Part shown: positions 34,301-45,765 of the stretch, piece by piece | How positions within the stretch are numbered: position 1 is the first letter of the stretch | Layout: the number at the start of each line of letters is the position of its first letter | DNA from: an uncultured Acidobacteriota bacterium | GTDB lineage: Bacteria; Acidobacteriota; Blastocatellia; RBC074 | Direction: 5' to 3' | Length of the DNA stretch: 64,000 nucleotides | Assembly (NCBI GenBank): GCA_963796275.1 | Contig: CAWCKY010000007.1 | Span: 800,001-864,000 of the forward strand | Made by a program: the position numbers and the translations under genes | The notes under the pieces: model-generated | The model's database searches: none | The model's input: only the letters and a program-made list of their open reading frames with translations | Told to the model about the DNA's origin: nothing

Positions 34301-36925
34301 ATGAGCAAACGCGTTCGACTCATTTCAGTAATCGGATTCTTCGCCTTGATGATGGTCTATTGTTCGGTGGGCCTCTATTTGGACCTCGCCAACCTGGGCA
34401 GCGTGGATGGCTGGCGCTGTGCTGGTCTTTATAACGAATGCTATATCGACCAGGTTGAACCCAATGGCCCGGCTAAAGAGCTGCAGCTCCGCGACCTCGT
34501 TCTGGCGATCAATGGAGTGAGCCTGGTAGCTGATCCACGCATATTGACGTTTAGCAGCCGCGTGCCGCCGGGGACGCCATACTCTATTACGGTGCGGCGC
34601 GCCGGTCAGGAGTTGACCTTTGCATTTCGAACCGTCCAACGCCCGCCCGCCCAATTCCCATGGGCGCGACTGACGCCAATTGCATTCTGGCTGACGGGGT
34701 TGCTTGTCTTTCTCCTCAAAGCCGAAGACCAGCATGCCAGGTTGTTGGCTTTGATGCTGGGCAGTTTTTCGGGGCTGCTCGCCGGCGGTGTGCAGCTCGG
34801 CATCTTGCCCGACTGGCTGGCCGTGTTGATCGCGCTGACGCGCATAATCGGCCTGTGTTCATTGCCGTTGCTGCTACATCTCTTCCTGGTATTTCCGCAT
34901 AATTCTCCGATACTGCGGCGCTGGCCTTCTATCGCAAAGTGGATCTATACCCCTCTCCTGGCTATCTTGCCGATATTTGGGGTTGGCCGCTTGCCGATTC
35001 AATGGGCTCAGCCCATCTCTAGCTGGCCACCTCTGCGCTGGTTGTCGGGCCACGGTCTTTTATATTTAGCGTTTATCAGCGTGCTGGCCTATCTCTTCGC
35101 CGCCTTGCTCTGTTTATGGCTGAGTTACCGCACGGCAGATGTCGTGGGGAAGCGCCGGCTGCGCGTTGTGATGTGGGGCAGCTTGCTTGGCTTCGGCAGT
35201 CTGTTTCTGGTGGTCGTGATGGAGTTCGCGCGCGCTCAGGAGAGCTATCCAACGATTTGGGGATGGTTGCAGTTTTCGACCATAATTACCTTGCCGCTGG
35301 TGCCGCTCAGCTTCGCGTATGCCATCGTCCGGCATCGCGTCATCCCAATCAGCCTGATGATTCGCCGCAGCGTGCGCTACCTGCTGGTCTCGCGCGGTTC
35401 GGTGGTGCTTGAAGGTCTGATTGTGGCGCTGATCATCGCATCGTTGTTGTCGCTGTTGTTCAAGTATATGCGCCTCTCCGGCTTGACGGTCGGCCTGGTC
35501 TCGGCTGCCATCGGCATCGTGGTCTGGCAGATCGAGCGCCGGCTGCATCAGCGATTTCTCGCTCCCATAATCGACCGCAAGTTTTTCAGGCAGTCTTATA
35601 ATGCGCAACACATCCTGACTGAATTGACCGAATCTCTGCGCACTACTACTGACATCCCGCATTTACTGGAGATGGTTGCCGACCATGTGCAATCGGCGCT
35701 GCAAACTGAAAGCGTGACCATCTTCTTACGCGATGAGCCAACGGGGGATTATCACAAAGCCTACGCTTGCGAATACGTTGCGGCTGAAGGGCGCGCGCTC
35801 AATCGCGAGCAGACCTCCTCAGGTTCGTCACGTTTGCCGCGCAACGCGGCAACGCTCGCGCAGATGGTTGCAACGGGGCACCCTATCGAATTGGATGGTA
35901 ACGAGCCGGCATTCGATCTGTCAGCCACCAATGGGCATTCACTACTGACCGCAGCGGAGCGGGAGGCGCTGCGCGGCACGAAGTCCGTGATGCTTTTGCC
36001 GCTTAAAACCAAAGACGCGTTGCCAGGCGTGCTCGCGCTCGGCTCGCGCCTGGGCGATCTGCCTTTCTCCCGCGAAGACAAACGTCTGTTGCAATCGGTC
36101 GCCGCGTCGGCTTCGTTGGCGCTGGAAAATGCGCAGCTGGTCGAGCGCATGTTGATCGAGGCGCGCCGCCGCAAGGAGATCGAGGCTGAAAACGAACAGC
36201 GCACCAAAGAGCTGGAAGAAGCCCGCCAATTGCAGCTCTCAATGCTGCCGAAATCGGTGCCGCAGTTGCCGCACCTGGAAATCGCTGCGCTAATGCAAAC
36301 CGCCACCGAGGTAGGCGGCGATTACTACGATTTTTACGTGGGCGAAGATGGCACACTCACCATCGCTGTGGGGGATGCGACGAGTCACGGGCTGAAAGCT
36401 GGCACTATGGTGGCAGCTACCAAGAGTCTGTTCAATCATCTGGCCGCTCAGGCCAGCGTGGTCGAAATGCTGCACGACGCTTCGCGCGCGTTGAAATTGA
36501 TGAATTTGCGCTCGCTCTTTATGGCGCTGACGCTCATCAAAGTGCGGGGAGACCGGATGCACTGCAGCGTCGCCGGTATGCCGCCGATTCTGATCTACCG
36601 CGCTGCATCACAAATTGTCGAGGAAATACCCTTGCGTGGTGCGCCGCTTGGCGCTTTGTCGAACTATGTCTATCACCAGGCAGAGCTGACACTCGCGCCG
36701 AATGACGTGGTCCTGTTGATGAGCGATGGTTTGCCGGAACGCTTCAACCCGGCGTCCGAGTTGTTCGAGTACGAGCGTACCAAAGAAGCATTGCGCGCTC
36801 ACGCATACGATGCACCGCGTGCAATAGTCGACGGTTTGCTCAGGATGAGCGAAGAGTGGGCCAATGGCAGGCCGTTGGATGATGATCTGACTCTGGTTGT
36901 ATTGAAGCGCAAGGCCGCAGGTTGA
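34301..36925 (+). CDS. Membrane sensor phosphatase PDZ-multiTM-GAF-PP2C (paralog of 7166..9817)
   Basis: VEPNGPA...DLVLAING PDZ; shared VRYLLVSRGS and LGDLPFSREDK; EVGGDYYD and DDLT. Confidence 0.88.
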   Translation: MSKRVRLISVIGFFALMMVYCSVGLYLDLANLGSVDGWRCAGLYNECYIDQVEPNGPAKELQLRDLVLAINGVSLVADPRILTFSSRVPPGTPYSITVRRAGQELTFAFRTVQRPPAQFPWARLTPIAFWLTGLLVFLLKAEDQHARLLALMLGSFSGLLAGGVQLGILPDWLAVLIALTRIIGLCSLPLLLHLFLVFPHNSPILRRWPSIAKWIYTPLLAILPIFGVGRLPIQWAQPISSWPPLRWLSGHGLLYLAFISVLAYLFAALLCLWLSYRTADVVGKRRLRVVMWGSLLGFGSLFLVVVMEFARAQESYPTIWGWLQFSTIITLPLVPLSFAYAIVRHRVIPISLMIRRSVRYLLVSRGSVVLEGLIVALIIASLLSLLFKYMRLSGLTVGLVSAAIGIVVWQIERRLHQRFLAPIIDRKFFRQSYNAQHILTELTESLRTTTDIPHLLEMVADHVQSALQTESVTIFLRDEPTGDYHKAYACEYVAAEGRALNREQTSSGSSRLPRNAATLAQMVATGHPIELDGNEPAFDLSATNGHSLLTAAEREALRGTKSVMLLPLKTKDALPGVLALGSRLGDLPFSREDKRLLQSVAASASLALENAQLVERMLIEARRRKEIEAENEQRTKELEEARQLQLSMLPKSVPQLPHLEIAALMQTATEVGGDYYDFYVGEDGTLTIAVGDATSHGLKAGTMVAATKSLFNHLAAQASVVEMLHDASRALKLMNLRSLFMALTLIKVRGDRMHCSVAGMPPILIYRAASQIVEEIPLRGAPLGALSNYVYHQAELTLAPNDVVLLMSDGLPERFNPASELFEYERTKEALRAHAYDAPRAIVDGLLRMSEEWANGRPLDDDLTLVVLKRKAAG

Positions 36926-36940
36926 GCCTGCGACGCAAAT

Positions 36941-38155
36941 TCATTTGCTCCCCTTACCCTTACCTTCATTCCAATAAATTTTCACATTCTTCGTGCTGCG
37001 GCCAACACCGATGATGTCGCTCCTGCCATCCCCGTTAAGGTCAGCGCAGATCACATCTTCGCTCCCTAGTCCCTTAGCATCGAGCACCTGCTTCTCCCAT
37101 TTGTCGCCCCCGTCATCGGACGGGCGGAGAAGATAAACAATACCATCCTCGATCTTGCCCTCAGGCGGGCCGCGGAAGCCTACCACCAATGAGTCTATCG
37201 AAGTACCTGACAGAGGCGATGTCCACACAGCGTGTCCCCCCTTGTGGTTTTCGACGAGCACATGCCGCTTCCATAGTTGACCGTCCTGATCGGGAGGCGT
37301 GTAAACGACAGCCTGATGGCCATGCCAGGGCTCGATCGTGGCGACGTAGCGTTTTCCGCCCGGCAATCGCCCGACTTTCACCTCACCCGCGCCGTGTTTT
37401 TCCGGGTCGCCGGCGCCGATTTGCTGCTTGATCCACTTTCCGCCTGACTTCTTGAGGAGGAAAATCCCTTCATAGGCTGCGGCGAGAATCTCTTCCTTGC
37501 CATCTCCATCCCAATCGAGAGGCCATACGTTATGGGTGATGTGAAGCTCATCATTGATGACCTCGCGTTTCCAGGGTTCACTGAACGGGCGCGCTGGGCG
37601 GCGAAGGATATAGAGCGAAGCGGCATTCCCCTTCCACCACTCAGGCCCGGCAGCCTCCCTCCCGTGGAGCGGCGAGCAGACGAGCTCTTTCTTGCCATTG
37701 CCGTCGACGTCTAGGAGGCGCATGCGATGCATCGTCGGCTCTTCGTCGAGTTTGATCGGCGTCCAGGGTTTGCTGAGATCACCCGGCCGCTGGAGCAGCC
37801 AGACCGTGCCGCCCGTTTTTGTATTGCTCGGCTGCCAGTCGGCTCCAAGAATGAGCTCGACTTTACCGTCATCATCCACATCCAGAGCTTGGATGCAGAC
37901 AGGCAGCTTGGGAAATCCTGCGACGATGATTCGCCTCGTCCAGGAGGGGTTTTCATACCACAAGACCTGATCGGGGTTTTCCGTCACGACGACGATATCG
38001 GACTTCCCGTCATTATTGATGTCTGTCAGCGTGACCGCATAACCGACTCCGACGTTGGGATCGACGACCTGCTCTTTAAAGCTGGGATGTCCCTCCTGGG
38101 AAGGTGAAGTGATATACGAGAGGATCACTACACAAAGTATTATTAAGTGCCGCAT
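36941..38155 (-). CDS. Secreted FG-GAP/VCBS beta-propeller protein (aldos-2-ulose dehydratase propeller-like)
   Basis: Signal peptide, repeated DxNxDGxxD motifs, ATIEPWHGH. Confidence 0.75.
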   Translation of the reverse strand: MRHLIILCVVILSYITSPSQEGHPSFKEQVVDPNVGVGYAVTLTDINNDGKSDIVVVTENPDQVLWYENPSWTRRIIVAGFPKLPVCIQALDVDDDGKVELILGADWQPSNTKTGGTVWLLQRPGDLSKPWTPIKLDEEPTMHRMRLLDVDGNGKKELVCSPLHGREAAGPEWWKGNAASLYILRRPARPFSEPWKREVINDELHITHNVWPLDWDGDGKEEILAAAYEGIFLLKKSGGKWIKQQIGAGDPEKHGAGEVKVGRLPGGKRYVATIEPWHGHQAVVYTPPDQDGQLWKRHVLVENHKGGHAVWTSPLSGTSIDSLVVGFRGPPEGKIEDGIVYLLRPSDDGGDKWEKQVLDAKGLGSEDVICADLNGDGRSDIIGVGRSTKNVKIYWNEGKGKGSK

Positions 38156-38392
38156 TGTAAATTCTCCGTGGGGCAAGATTGGGTCGCGATTCACAATTTT
38201 AAGCAAGTTTATAACACATTTGTATCAAATCGGTAGATGAAGAAGAATTCACGGCAAACTCAAAATAGACAAAAGGCAGAGAATCGCAGCAAAGAAATTC
38301 ATAATGTGGTCTTTTGTGATTTTAGTGGCTACCAAATTACCTAGTAGCCGCATCTCTATTCTTTTGTATATTCGCTGCGATTGATGCCTTCA

Positions 38393-39820
38393 TCAATGTG
38401 TAGTTACCGGAGGTATTCCATGAATGAGGCGGAGGATGGCGCCTGGCGTCAGGAGTTCGGCAAAAACTCGTTCAGACGAATCCTCATCCGCCCCCCTGTC
38501 CTTGGGACTGATACGGGGTTGCCCATCCAGGTCGAAGATCATATCCGGAAATTCGCCGACGGCGCTATCGATCGCAGGACTGCCCGACTGCGGACGAAAG
38601 ACGCCTTTGGCTTTTGGTTCAAGAAGTGGATTGACCATTTCGTATGTGCCTGCAGGCATGGCGCCGGCGCCGAGAGCCTTCCAGATAATGTTGCCGGCCC
38701 AGGTGCCGCCCGGGTACGGACCACTAAGGCCAGCCGCCGTTCCGCCTCCTTGAATGATGTTGTTGGCGAAGACCGTATTGGTTGCGCCGAGGCCATTGGT
38801 ACGGCCAGTCATAAAGTAATTTCGCGTATTATTGATCAGAGTATTGAAGGCGATAATGCAGTCATCAGGCCGATCATGGCTCGTCAACGGCGCTCCATCT
38901 GCCACCTCGCCGTCGCCGTTACCGATGTTGATTCCGACGGTAGATTCAAGATAGTTGCTGAACACCTGATGGCGATCGCCAAAAATCCGCATACCGGCGC
39001 TGTTACGAAAATAGTTGCCGTAGACGAGGCAGTCGTTTCCGTGTCGGAGTGTGAGCTCGCCACCGGGAGAATCGACAATCGTATTGTACCTGTACGTGTT
39101 CGAACTCGATTTATTGGAGATGAGCTCGTTCTCTCCGGTGCAGCGTTCGAAGAGGTTATGTTCGATCAATCCAAAACCGTTTGAGAGGCTCAAACCGCTT
39201 AGACCGAAACGGATCGTCTCGGCGCCGTTTCCGCCCGGGCTGGTGAAGTCGTGAAAGTAGTTGTGATGTATCCATACGCGGCGCGCGATCTGGCTGCCTG
39301 ATCCGCGCACGTCGATCATATTGCCGAGCGTACTCTTGTTACGAAACTCATTGAGATCGATTTGCGCTTCATCACCAGCGATCGTCAGATATGCGCCATC
39401 GCCTGCACATTCGAAGAAGTTGCGGGTGAATCGGATTTGGGTCGCGCCGGACCGAATCTGAATCCGCCCGGAGGCATGGGTGAACAGGAATCCCTCGATC
39501 ACTATGTAGGCAGCCGGATTTGTTATGTTGAATCCTTGAGCGCCGCTGATCTCGACGCCGCCTATGGTCTGTGCAACGATTCGGATCGGAGCGGTCGCGT
39601 TGCCCTGGCGATCGACCGTAATTGCAGCATTGGTGGTATAGACGCCGTTGTGCACGATGATGACGTCGCCAGCCGCGGCGGTGTTGATGCGCGCCTGTAG
39701 ATCCGGGATGGAGTTGACTTCGTAAGTGGCGGCGGAGGCCATAGCAGCTAACATCATATTGGCGAGGAAAAGGCATGAGCGGAAGATCTTTCGGCTTCTT
39801 TTCATAAGGATGTTCTCCAC
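38393..39820 (-). CDS. Polysaccharide lyase family 6 (alginate lyase/chondroitinase B-like beta-helix)
   Basis: NGAETIRFG, GENELISNKS, LTLRHG catalytic Lys/Arg motifs; signal peptide. Confidence 0.88.
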   Translation of the reverse strand: MENILMKRSRKIFRSCLFLANMMLAAMASAATYEVNSIPDLQARINTAAAGDVIIVHNGVYTTNAAITVDRQGNATAPIRIVAQTIGGVEISGAQGFNITNPAAYIVIEGFLFTHASGRIQIRSGATQIRFTRNFFECAGDGAYLTIAGDEAQIDLNEFRNKSTLGNMIDVRGSGSQIARRVWIHHNYFHDFTSPGGNGAETIRFGLSGLSLSNGFGLIEHNLFERCTGENELISNKSSSNTYRYNTIVDSPGGELTLRHGNDCLVYGNYFRNSAGMRIFGDRHQVFSNYLESTVGINIGNGDGEVADGAPLTSHDRPDDCIIAFNTLINNTRNYFMTGRTNGLGATNTVFANNIIQGGGTAAGLSGPYPGGTWAGNIIWKALGAGAMPAGTYEMVNPLLEPKAKGVFRPQSGSPAIDSAVGEFPDMIFDLDGQPRISPKDRGADEDSSERVFAELLTPGAILRLIHGIPPVTTH

Positions 39821-40098
39821 AGATTATTTTACAGGTAAAGCTGGAAAGCGTTTCGCCCTACCATTTTGAACGTGATCGTTAGAGTTTTTCAGGCGCAATT
39901 TACTCTAAAATTTTCTCGCCGACAAGTATTTTTGGTATGACCACTATGGTTTGCTGAGTCGTATGTGGCAAGTCCACAGGATCGGAGGCCTCTGGCATAC
40001 ATCAAGGTATCGTCAGGCAGAAGTACGATATGGAAATCAAAGTCATGCTTGGTGGCCTGTGCCCTTGGTAATTTTGAATGTTACAATGAATCATTCTT

Positions 40099-42202
40099 TC
40101 ACTGTCTTCGCACAGGATTGATAAAAGCGCCATTACCCGCAATATCCCAGACGGCGAGGCGCGCCCACTTCCAACCGGCAGCCGACACCTGCCATTCGAA
40201 GGTCGCACGCCCGCACTCCCGCGTCGTCTCGAGCTGAAATAGCTGGCGGCGAGTCTCCACGCCATCGCTCCATACGATCTCCGCGAACTGAAGAGGAAAT
40301 GTCCATACCACTTCCGCACGCGCAACGATCTGATTCTGTTGGTCCGATTGCCCCGATTGCCCCGTTTGCTTCTGTTCATTCGATATCTCGACTTTGGGCA
40401 ATAAGACTTCTCCCGTCGATATAAAGTAATCGCCGCGGCTTAGAGCTTCGAGCACGAGGCCATAGTTGTCGAAGTCGGGAAGGCGATCCATTCGCACATA
40501 GTTCACGTTCATGTGCGCGTATAACTCGTGGGTGGAATCTATCTGGAAGACGTCGACCTCGCCGATCAACCGCTTTGGCAGGGACCAGTTATTCATATCA
40601 TCGAGCAGATTGAGGGACCGCACGCCTTCACGAAGGTAAGAGAGTATCTGTCGGCATGGCCTTCCATCCTACACCGAGATATCGGGGGTCGCGAAAGTGG
40701 GCGGTCTCTCGGATATTGTCGGGGAATCCCTTCGATCCTTTAGTCCGCGGATGAGTCTGATACATGTAGCCGCCCTCGCGGCGCACAAGTTCCAGCATCT
40801 CCTGCTCATTTCCCACGTGATAGATGGTTCCGTAAGAGGAGTCATCACTGCGGAATGGTTTGCCCGCGGGACGCTCCATATACCAGTAGACTGGCTTGGG
40901 AAAGACTGCCGCCCAATGGCCGCCCAGGTGCACGTTAGCTTCTTCGGCCGGAATTATCAGAAAGTCGCGATCCGAGTTCGCCCGCGCGCCTCGGTAATAT
41001 GCGTCCAGTTCTTTAATGCGAACATCCGTCAGGTCCCTCGGATGCCCGTCTCCATGAAAGTCCATTATCATCGCCGCATCCACGCCCATCTCTTTCAGCA
41101 CGGGTTTGAAAGGCGGCGTCCAGTCGAAGCCCTTTCTCTGGGCTTGAACGGTATAGGCGAAATGCCAGTGAGTAGCGAGCTTCTTGTAACCGGGCAGGTC
41201 AGGGAAGCGGTCGCGGTTTGTGTAGCGCAAGGTTTCCTGAAGCACGGCGGCAGGTTCCCGATCACTCACTAAATAGAAGACGCTCATTCGTTGTTCGGTC
41301 CGAGGCGGCGCGTTCATCCACGGATAGAAGGGAAGATTATCGTCAGGCAGTTGGCGAATACCGACAGATGCTTCGCCGCGGTAAGAGCTATGCCATAGAT
41401 AACCTAGATTCTGAGTCGTATCGCGCGCGAAAAAGTATTGATGAGGCGGCGGGAAGACAGCGAGCGCCCCGCGCGCAGTACGCAAGGCGATCACGCGATT
41501 CCTGGCTTTGACTGGCGTGCGTTCGAACTCCGGCGGCACGACGCGAAGTTTACCGGCGTCGTCGTAGTAAGCCACCTCCGACTGCATATTCCAGCCCGCC
41601 AACCGGTCTGCGGCGGCAGCCAAGCGTAGCCCCGCATCATAAAAATAGGCAGTGTCAGGTTCGGTGGTGGATGCGACTGCCTCCTGCTGTAACAAGCGGC
41701 TGCCGGGAAAGAAGGTGAATGCTATACCGCCCTGGAAAATTCCGAGGTTCAAGCCATCGAAGTGAATCTCCAACCGATCTCCGGCCGTGCGGGCTTTGGC
41801 AGATCGCAGGCGAAAAATTCCGGCAAAGCGGCGCGTGCCTTCCGGATGCATGAACGGGCGGTCGAAGAATTCGTCCCAACCTCCACGGCGTTTGCCTGTT
41901 TCACACCAATAGAGCGGGTTCGCACGCTCTACCACATGGCGGCCTCCATCCAGGCCGATCGAGGTCAGCAATGGCTTCTCCGGATCGAGTGAGAACACGG
42001 CACTCCATTGACGCGATGTTTCGTCAGGCCACCGGATGATCGCCGCATCAGGCGTCTTTTCTACGGTGACCGGTCCTGGCCGTACTCCGGAAGTGTCGAA
42101 CGGAACCACGTCCCCTCTGGACTCGATGGGAAGCGAGACCAGACAGATTAGTAGCAACAATAAGATCAGTCTTACGGGCATACGTCTCATCCTTCCGATC
42201 AC
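40099..42202 (-). CDS. Secreted protein of about 700 aa with PHP-like metal-binding motifs; +1 frameshift near 40645 splits it into the 524 and 174 aa ORFs
   Basis: THWH, DFHGDGH, EEAN..GGHW, THPRTK. Removing T40645 joins ...MPTDLSYLREGVRSLNLLDDMNNW. Confidence 0.7.
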
Positions 42203-42455
42203 TGTAGTAGAAATGTTAATGCTGGTTTGCGGAATCGGAGTATACCGGTGGTGGCTCGCGCAGTAAAGCTCTCTTTTTTTTACTGAATTTCCTTGTAAGT
42301 GCCGTAATGTCTATGTTAAAGACTGCAATGCTCTGGTAATTCCAAGTTCTCAATAAACAAGTAGACACTCACCACAAAAGCAAATAGGTAAAAAGGGGAT
42401 TCAGGAGAGAGCAAAAAAAATTCCTCCGAATTCTATTTCAAACTTTCTTTCTTTT

Positions 42456-45400
42456 GTGATGAATCCTCTTTCCTGCAAACAAATCGATCAAGTGGGGTGG
42501 CATATGTGTAGGATACTGCTTTCGCGGAAGCCATTGCGGCTAGTTTTTCTCGTTGTAAGCGCTTTGATAATTTCACCGTGGTGGACAGGGGCGGCACTGG
42601 CCCAGCGTACGACGGCATCGGTTGCCGGTGCAGTGACCGACGAATCCGGGGCGATTGTGCCCGGTGCGGAGGTGGTAGCCCGCAATCTGGCAACAGCGAT
42701 GGAACGATCGGTAACATCGAATGATCACGGTTATTACGTGCTCACCGCATTACCCGCGGGGCGGTATTCTCTGACAGTGAGAAAGACAGGATTCCAAAGC
42801 CAGATACTTCCAGATATCCTTCTGGAAGTCGATCAGAATGCAACGGTAAATCTCTCGCTGAAGATTGGCTCGATCAATGATACAGTCAATGTGTCGGCTG
42901 AGGCGGTTGCGATCGATACGCGCTCCGCCACCCTGAATACTGTAATTAACCAGAAACAGATCGCAGAGCTGCCGCTGAACGGCCGAAATATACTCCAGTT
43001 AATGCAATTGACCCCCGGCACGCTGCCCGGCGGAGGCACATTCAGCCAGGCCGCCACGCGTCCCGAATCGCAGCAGGTCTCTGCCAGCGGTGGTCGCGGC
43101 AACTCTACTACTTTCGTGCTGGACGGCGGGCTCCATGAAGACCCGTATACCGAAGTCGCCAATGTCACGCCCAACCCCGATGCAATTCGCGAATTCAGCT
43201 TTCAAACTAATAACTATTCGGCCAAGTTTGCAGGCCGCGGCGGCGGCGTTGTGAATATGGTGACGAAATCCGGCACCAATGGTTTCCACGGCGCGGCGTT
43301 CGAATACGTTCGCAACTCGGCTCTAAACGCGCGCAACTTCTTCGCCGCCACGGATGATGGCCTGAAGCGTAATCAGTATGGACTGGCCGTTGGCGGTCCC
43401 GTGATCAAGAATCGAACCTTTTTCTTTTTTTCATGGCAGGGAACTCAACTACGTCAGCAGTCGCCTACGACGACGGCAGTCGTCCCAACGGCGGAGCAGC
43501 GTCGAGGAAACTTCGCCAGTCTGCTCCCCGATACGCAATTGGTGGACCCGATCACAAAAGTACCAATTTCTGGGAATATGATCCCGTTTGCCGATTTGGA
43601 CCCTGTGGCGCAGAAAATACTTGAGACCATTCCTTTGCCCAACTCCGCGGACGGGCTGCTCTATTATGTGGTAGCCTCCAAGCAGACGGATAATCAGTTT
43701 CTTGGCCGCATCGACCATCAGTTCTCATCGAAACACCAACTGTCCGGCCGTTACTTCTTCGATAAGCTGGATAATCCTGCGCTGATCGATCCGCAGAACC
43801 GCCTCACCGCTATCCCCGACAGAATTTGGAAAAGTCAGAGCGTCAACCTGACGGATACTTATACTTTCAGCTCGACCCTGCTGATGAATACCACGCTTAG
43901 TTACAATCGAACATTCAATATCCAGTACGGCCCGGATTTCCCGGGCAATCGGGATGTGGGGATCAACCTGCCGATAATGTCCAAAGGCGACACGCTTCGT
44001 TTTTCAATCGGCAGCTATTTCGGCAGCGGCTACAATGCCCTATATCGCGTCGGCCGCAATCAATATAATCTGCAGAACACGTGGACCTGGATACACGGGC
44101 GTCACGAGTTCGCCTTCGGCTTCGATGCGGTTCGAGAGCAGAGCATTCTGGATCAGGATTTTCAGTCTGACGGTCAGTTCAACTTTGCCGGGCTATTCTC
44201 CGGTAATAATCTGGCCGATTTCATATACGGATACCCGAGCGGCTTCAACCAGATTTCACCGCTCTACAATAACCTCCTGCGCAACCTGTATGGCGCCTTT
44301 GTGGAAGACAAGTTGAAGCTCAACCGACGGTTGACGCTCAATCTTGGGTTACGCTGGAACCCATTTGTGCCGTTCACGGATGTTCCTGCGCACCAGATAT
44401 CTGTGTTCAATCAGGATGCCTATCTGGCCGGCCAACGTTCACAGCGGTTTCCCAACTTGCCGCCTGGGGTGTTTGTCGGAGGGGATCCTGGTGTGCCTGA
44501 ATCCGGCGTGCCAGCTAGATACCATATCTTCGATCCGCGCATCGGTTTTGCTTTGGACGTGTTTGGGAATGGGAAGACGAGCATTCGTGCAGGTTACGGG
44601 CGTTTTCACGATCAGATGGTAGGGCTGAGCTATAATCGCCAGGTCACATCGCCCCCGAATTCGGTCCGTGTAGACGTGGTGCCGAAGATGCCTAAGAGTT
44701 TTGCCAATCCCTACGATGGCGTGGTGAATCCGTTTCCCGTCTCGCGTCCGATCTCTGCAAACCAGGTTTTTCCCAATCAGTTTCTGCTCGTGGGCTACGA
44801 TCCCGATTTTTCCTATCCGAGCATTCATCAATGGAACCTGACTTTAGAGCAGAGCTTGCCGGCAAATTTTGTCGCCCGCATCACCTATCAAGGGGCGGCT
44901 GGCCGGAATCTTTTTCACGCCGCAGAGTACAATGCGGCAGTTTATGAACCGGGAGCCACGGTGGCCAATACCAATACACGGCGCCCCAGAAAAGAGTTCA
45001 CTCAACTCACGTTTGCCGGCACGTACGGCATCTCGAACTACAACGCGCTCGTGACGAGTCTCGAGAAACGGCTCTCCTCCGGCCTAACCTTGTTGACCGG
45101 GTTTACCTGGCAGAAGAGTTTGGATCTGGCCTCAAGTACCGCCTTCGAGGGAAATCTGGGCGCTCCATATGGCAACTCTCAACGTGATTATGCGGTCTCC
45201 GACTACAACCGGAAGTTCCGATTCACCGGATCATTCAACTATCAATTGCCCGGTTTCGAAAGGTTTGGCGGTGCGCGTTATTTGATAGGCGGCTGGCAGA
45301 TCAACGGAATACTCGCATTGCAGAGCGGAGCCCCGCTCAACATCGGCGCCGGAGCTGACAATTCCCGCAGCGGGATCGGAGCCGACCGTGTCGATATCAT

Positions 45401-45752
45401 CGGCGATCCCAGTCTGTCGGTTGATCGAACGCGCGGGGAAAAGATTCAGCAGTGGTTCAATAAAGCGGCGTTCAAGAGCAATGAGCTCGGCACATTTGGC
45501 ACGCTAGGGCGGAATGTCTTGAGAGGTCCCGGTTACGCAAACCTCGATCTCTCGTTATTCAAGAGTTTTCCGATGCCCTATTCGGAAAGCCACAAAATCG
45601 AGTTGCGCGCCGAGTGCTTCAACTCTCTCAATCGCGTAAACCTCGGGAATCCGAATACAAATTTCAATGCCACCCCCATCTTTAGCCGGATCACCAGCAC
45701 CGGCTCCAATGATCCGCGTATCCTGCAACTCGTGGTGCGCTACTCATTCTAA
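42456..45752 (+). CDS. TonB-dependent receptor, Oar-like, with N-terminal carboxypeptidase-regulatory-like domain
   Basis: LPLNGRN, TKSGTN.FHG, RNQYG..GGP, C-terminal [12 protein letters not shown]. Confidence 0.92.
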   Translation: MMNPLSCKQIDQVGWHMCRILLSRKPLRLVFLVVSALIISPWWTGAALAQRTTASVAGAVTDESGAIVPGAEVVARNLATAMERSVTSNDHGYYVLTALPAGRYSLTVRKTGFQSQILPDILLEVDQNATVNLSLKIGSINDTVNVSAEAVAIDTRSATLNTVINQKQIAELPLNGRNILQLMQLTPGTLPGGGTFSQAATRPESQQVSASGGRGNSTTFVLDGGLHEDPYTEVANVTPNPDAIREFSFQTNNYSAKFAGRGGGVVNMVTKSGTNGFHGAAFEYVRNSALNARNFFAATDDGLKRNQYGLAVGGPVIKNRTFFFFSWQGTQLRQQSPTTTAVVPTAEQRRGNFASLLPDTQLVDPITKVPISGNMIPFADLDPVAQKILETIPLPNSADGLLYYVVASKQTDNQFLGRIDHQFSSKHQLSGRYFFDKLDNPALIDPQNRLTAIPDRIWKSQSVNLTDTYTFSSTLLMNTTLSYNRTFNIQYGPDFPGNRDVGINLPIMSKGDTLRFSIGSYFGSGYNALYRVGRNQYNLQNTWTWIHGRHEFAFGFDAVREQSILDQDFQSDGQFNFAGLFSGNNLADFIYGYPSGFNQISPLYNNLLRNLYGAFVEDKLKLNRRLTLNLGLRWNPFVPFTDVPAHQISVFNQDAYLAGQRSQRFPNLPPGVFVGGDPGVPESGVPARYHIFDPRIGFALDVFGNGKTSIRAGYGRFHDQMVGLSYNRQVTSPPNSVRVDVVPKMPKSFANPYDGVVNPFPVSRPISANQVFPNQFLLVGYDPDFSYPSIHQWNLTLEQSLPANFVARITYQGAAGRNLFHAAEYNAAVYEPGATVANTNTRRPRKEFTQLTFAGTYGISNYNALVTSLEKRLSSGLTLLTGFTWQKSLDLASSTAFEGNLGAPYGNSQRDYAVSDYNRKFRFTGSFNYQLPGFERFGGARYLIGGWQINGILALQSGAPLNIGAGADNSRSGIGADRVDIIGDPSLSVDRTRGEKIQQWFNKAAFKSNELGTFGTLGRNVLRGPGYANLDLSLFKSFPMPYSESHKIELRAECFNSLNRVNLGNPNTNFNATPIFSRITSTGSNDPRILQLVVRYSF

Positions 45753-45765
45753 CCGTAATTAACGC

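Noticed and set aside
38381-39184. Long antisense ORFs (e.g. 38381..39184, 10606..11385, 60272..61087)
   Set aside because: They lie opposite well-supported genes and are expected in GC-rich coding DNA.
42297-42322. dif-like site (GTGCCGTAATGTCTATGTTAAA)
   Set aside because: The spacing between arms is about 3 bp too short for a 28-bp dif site.
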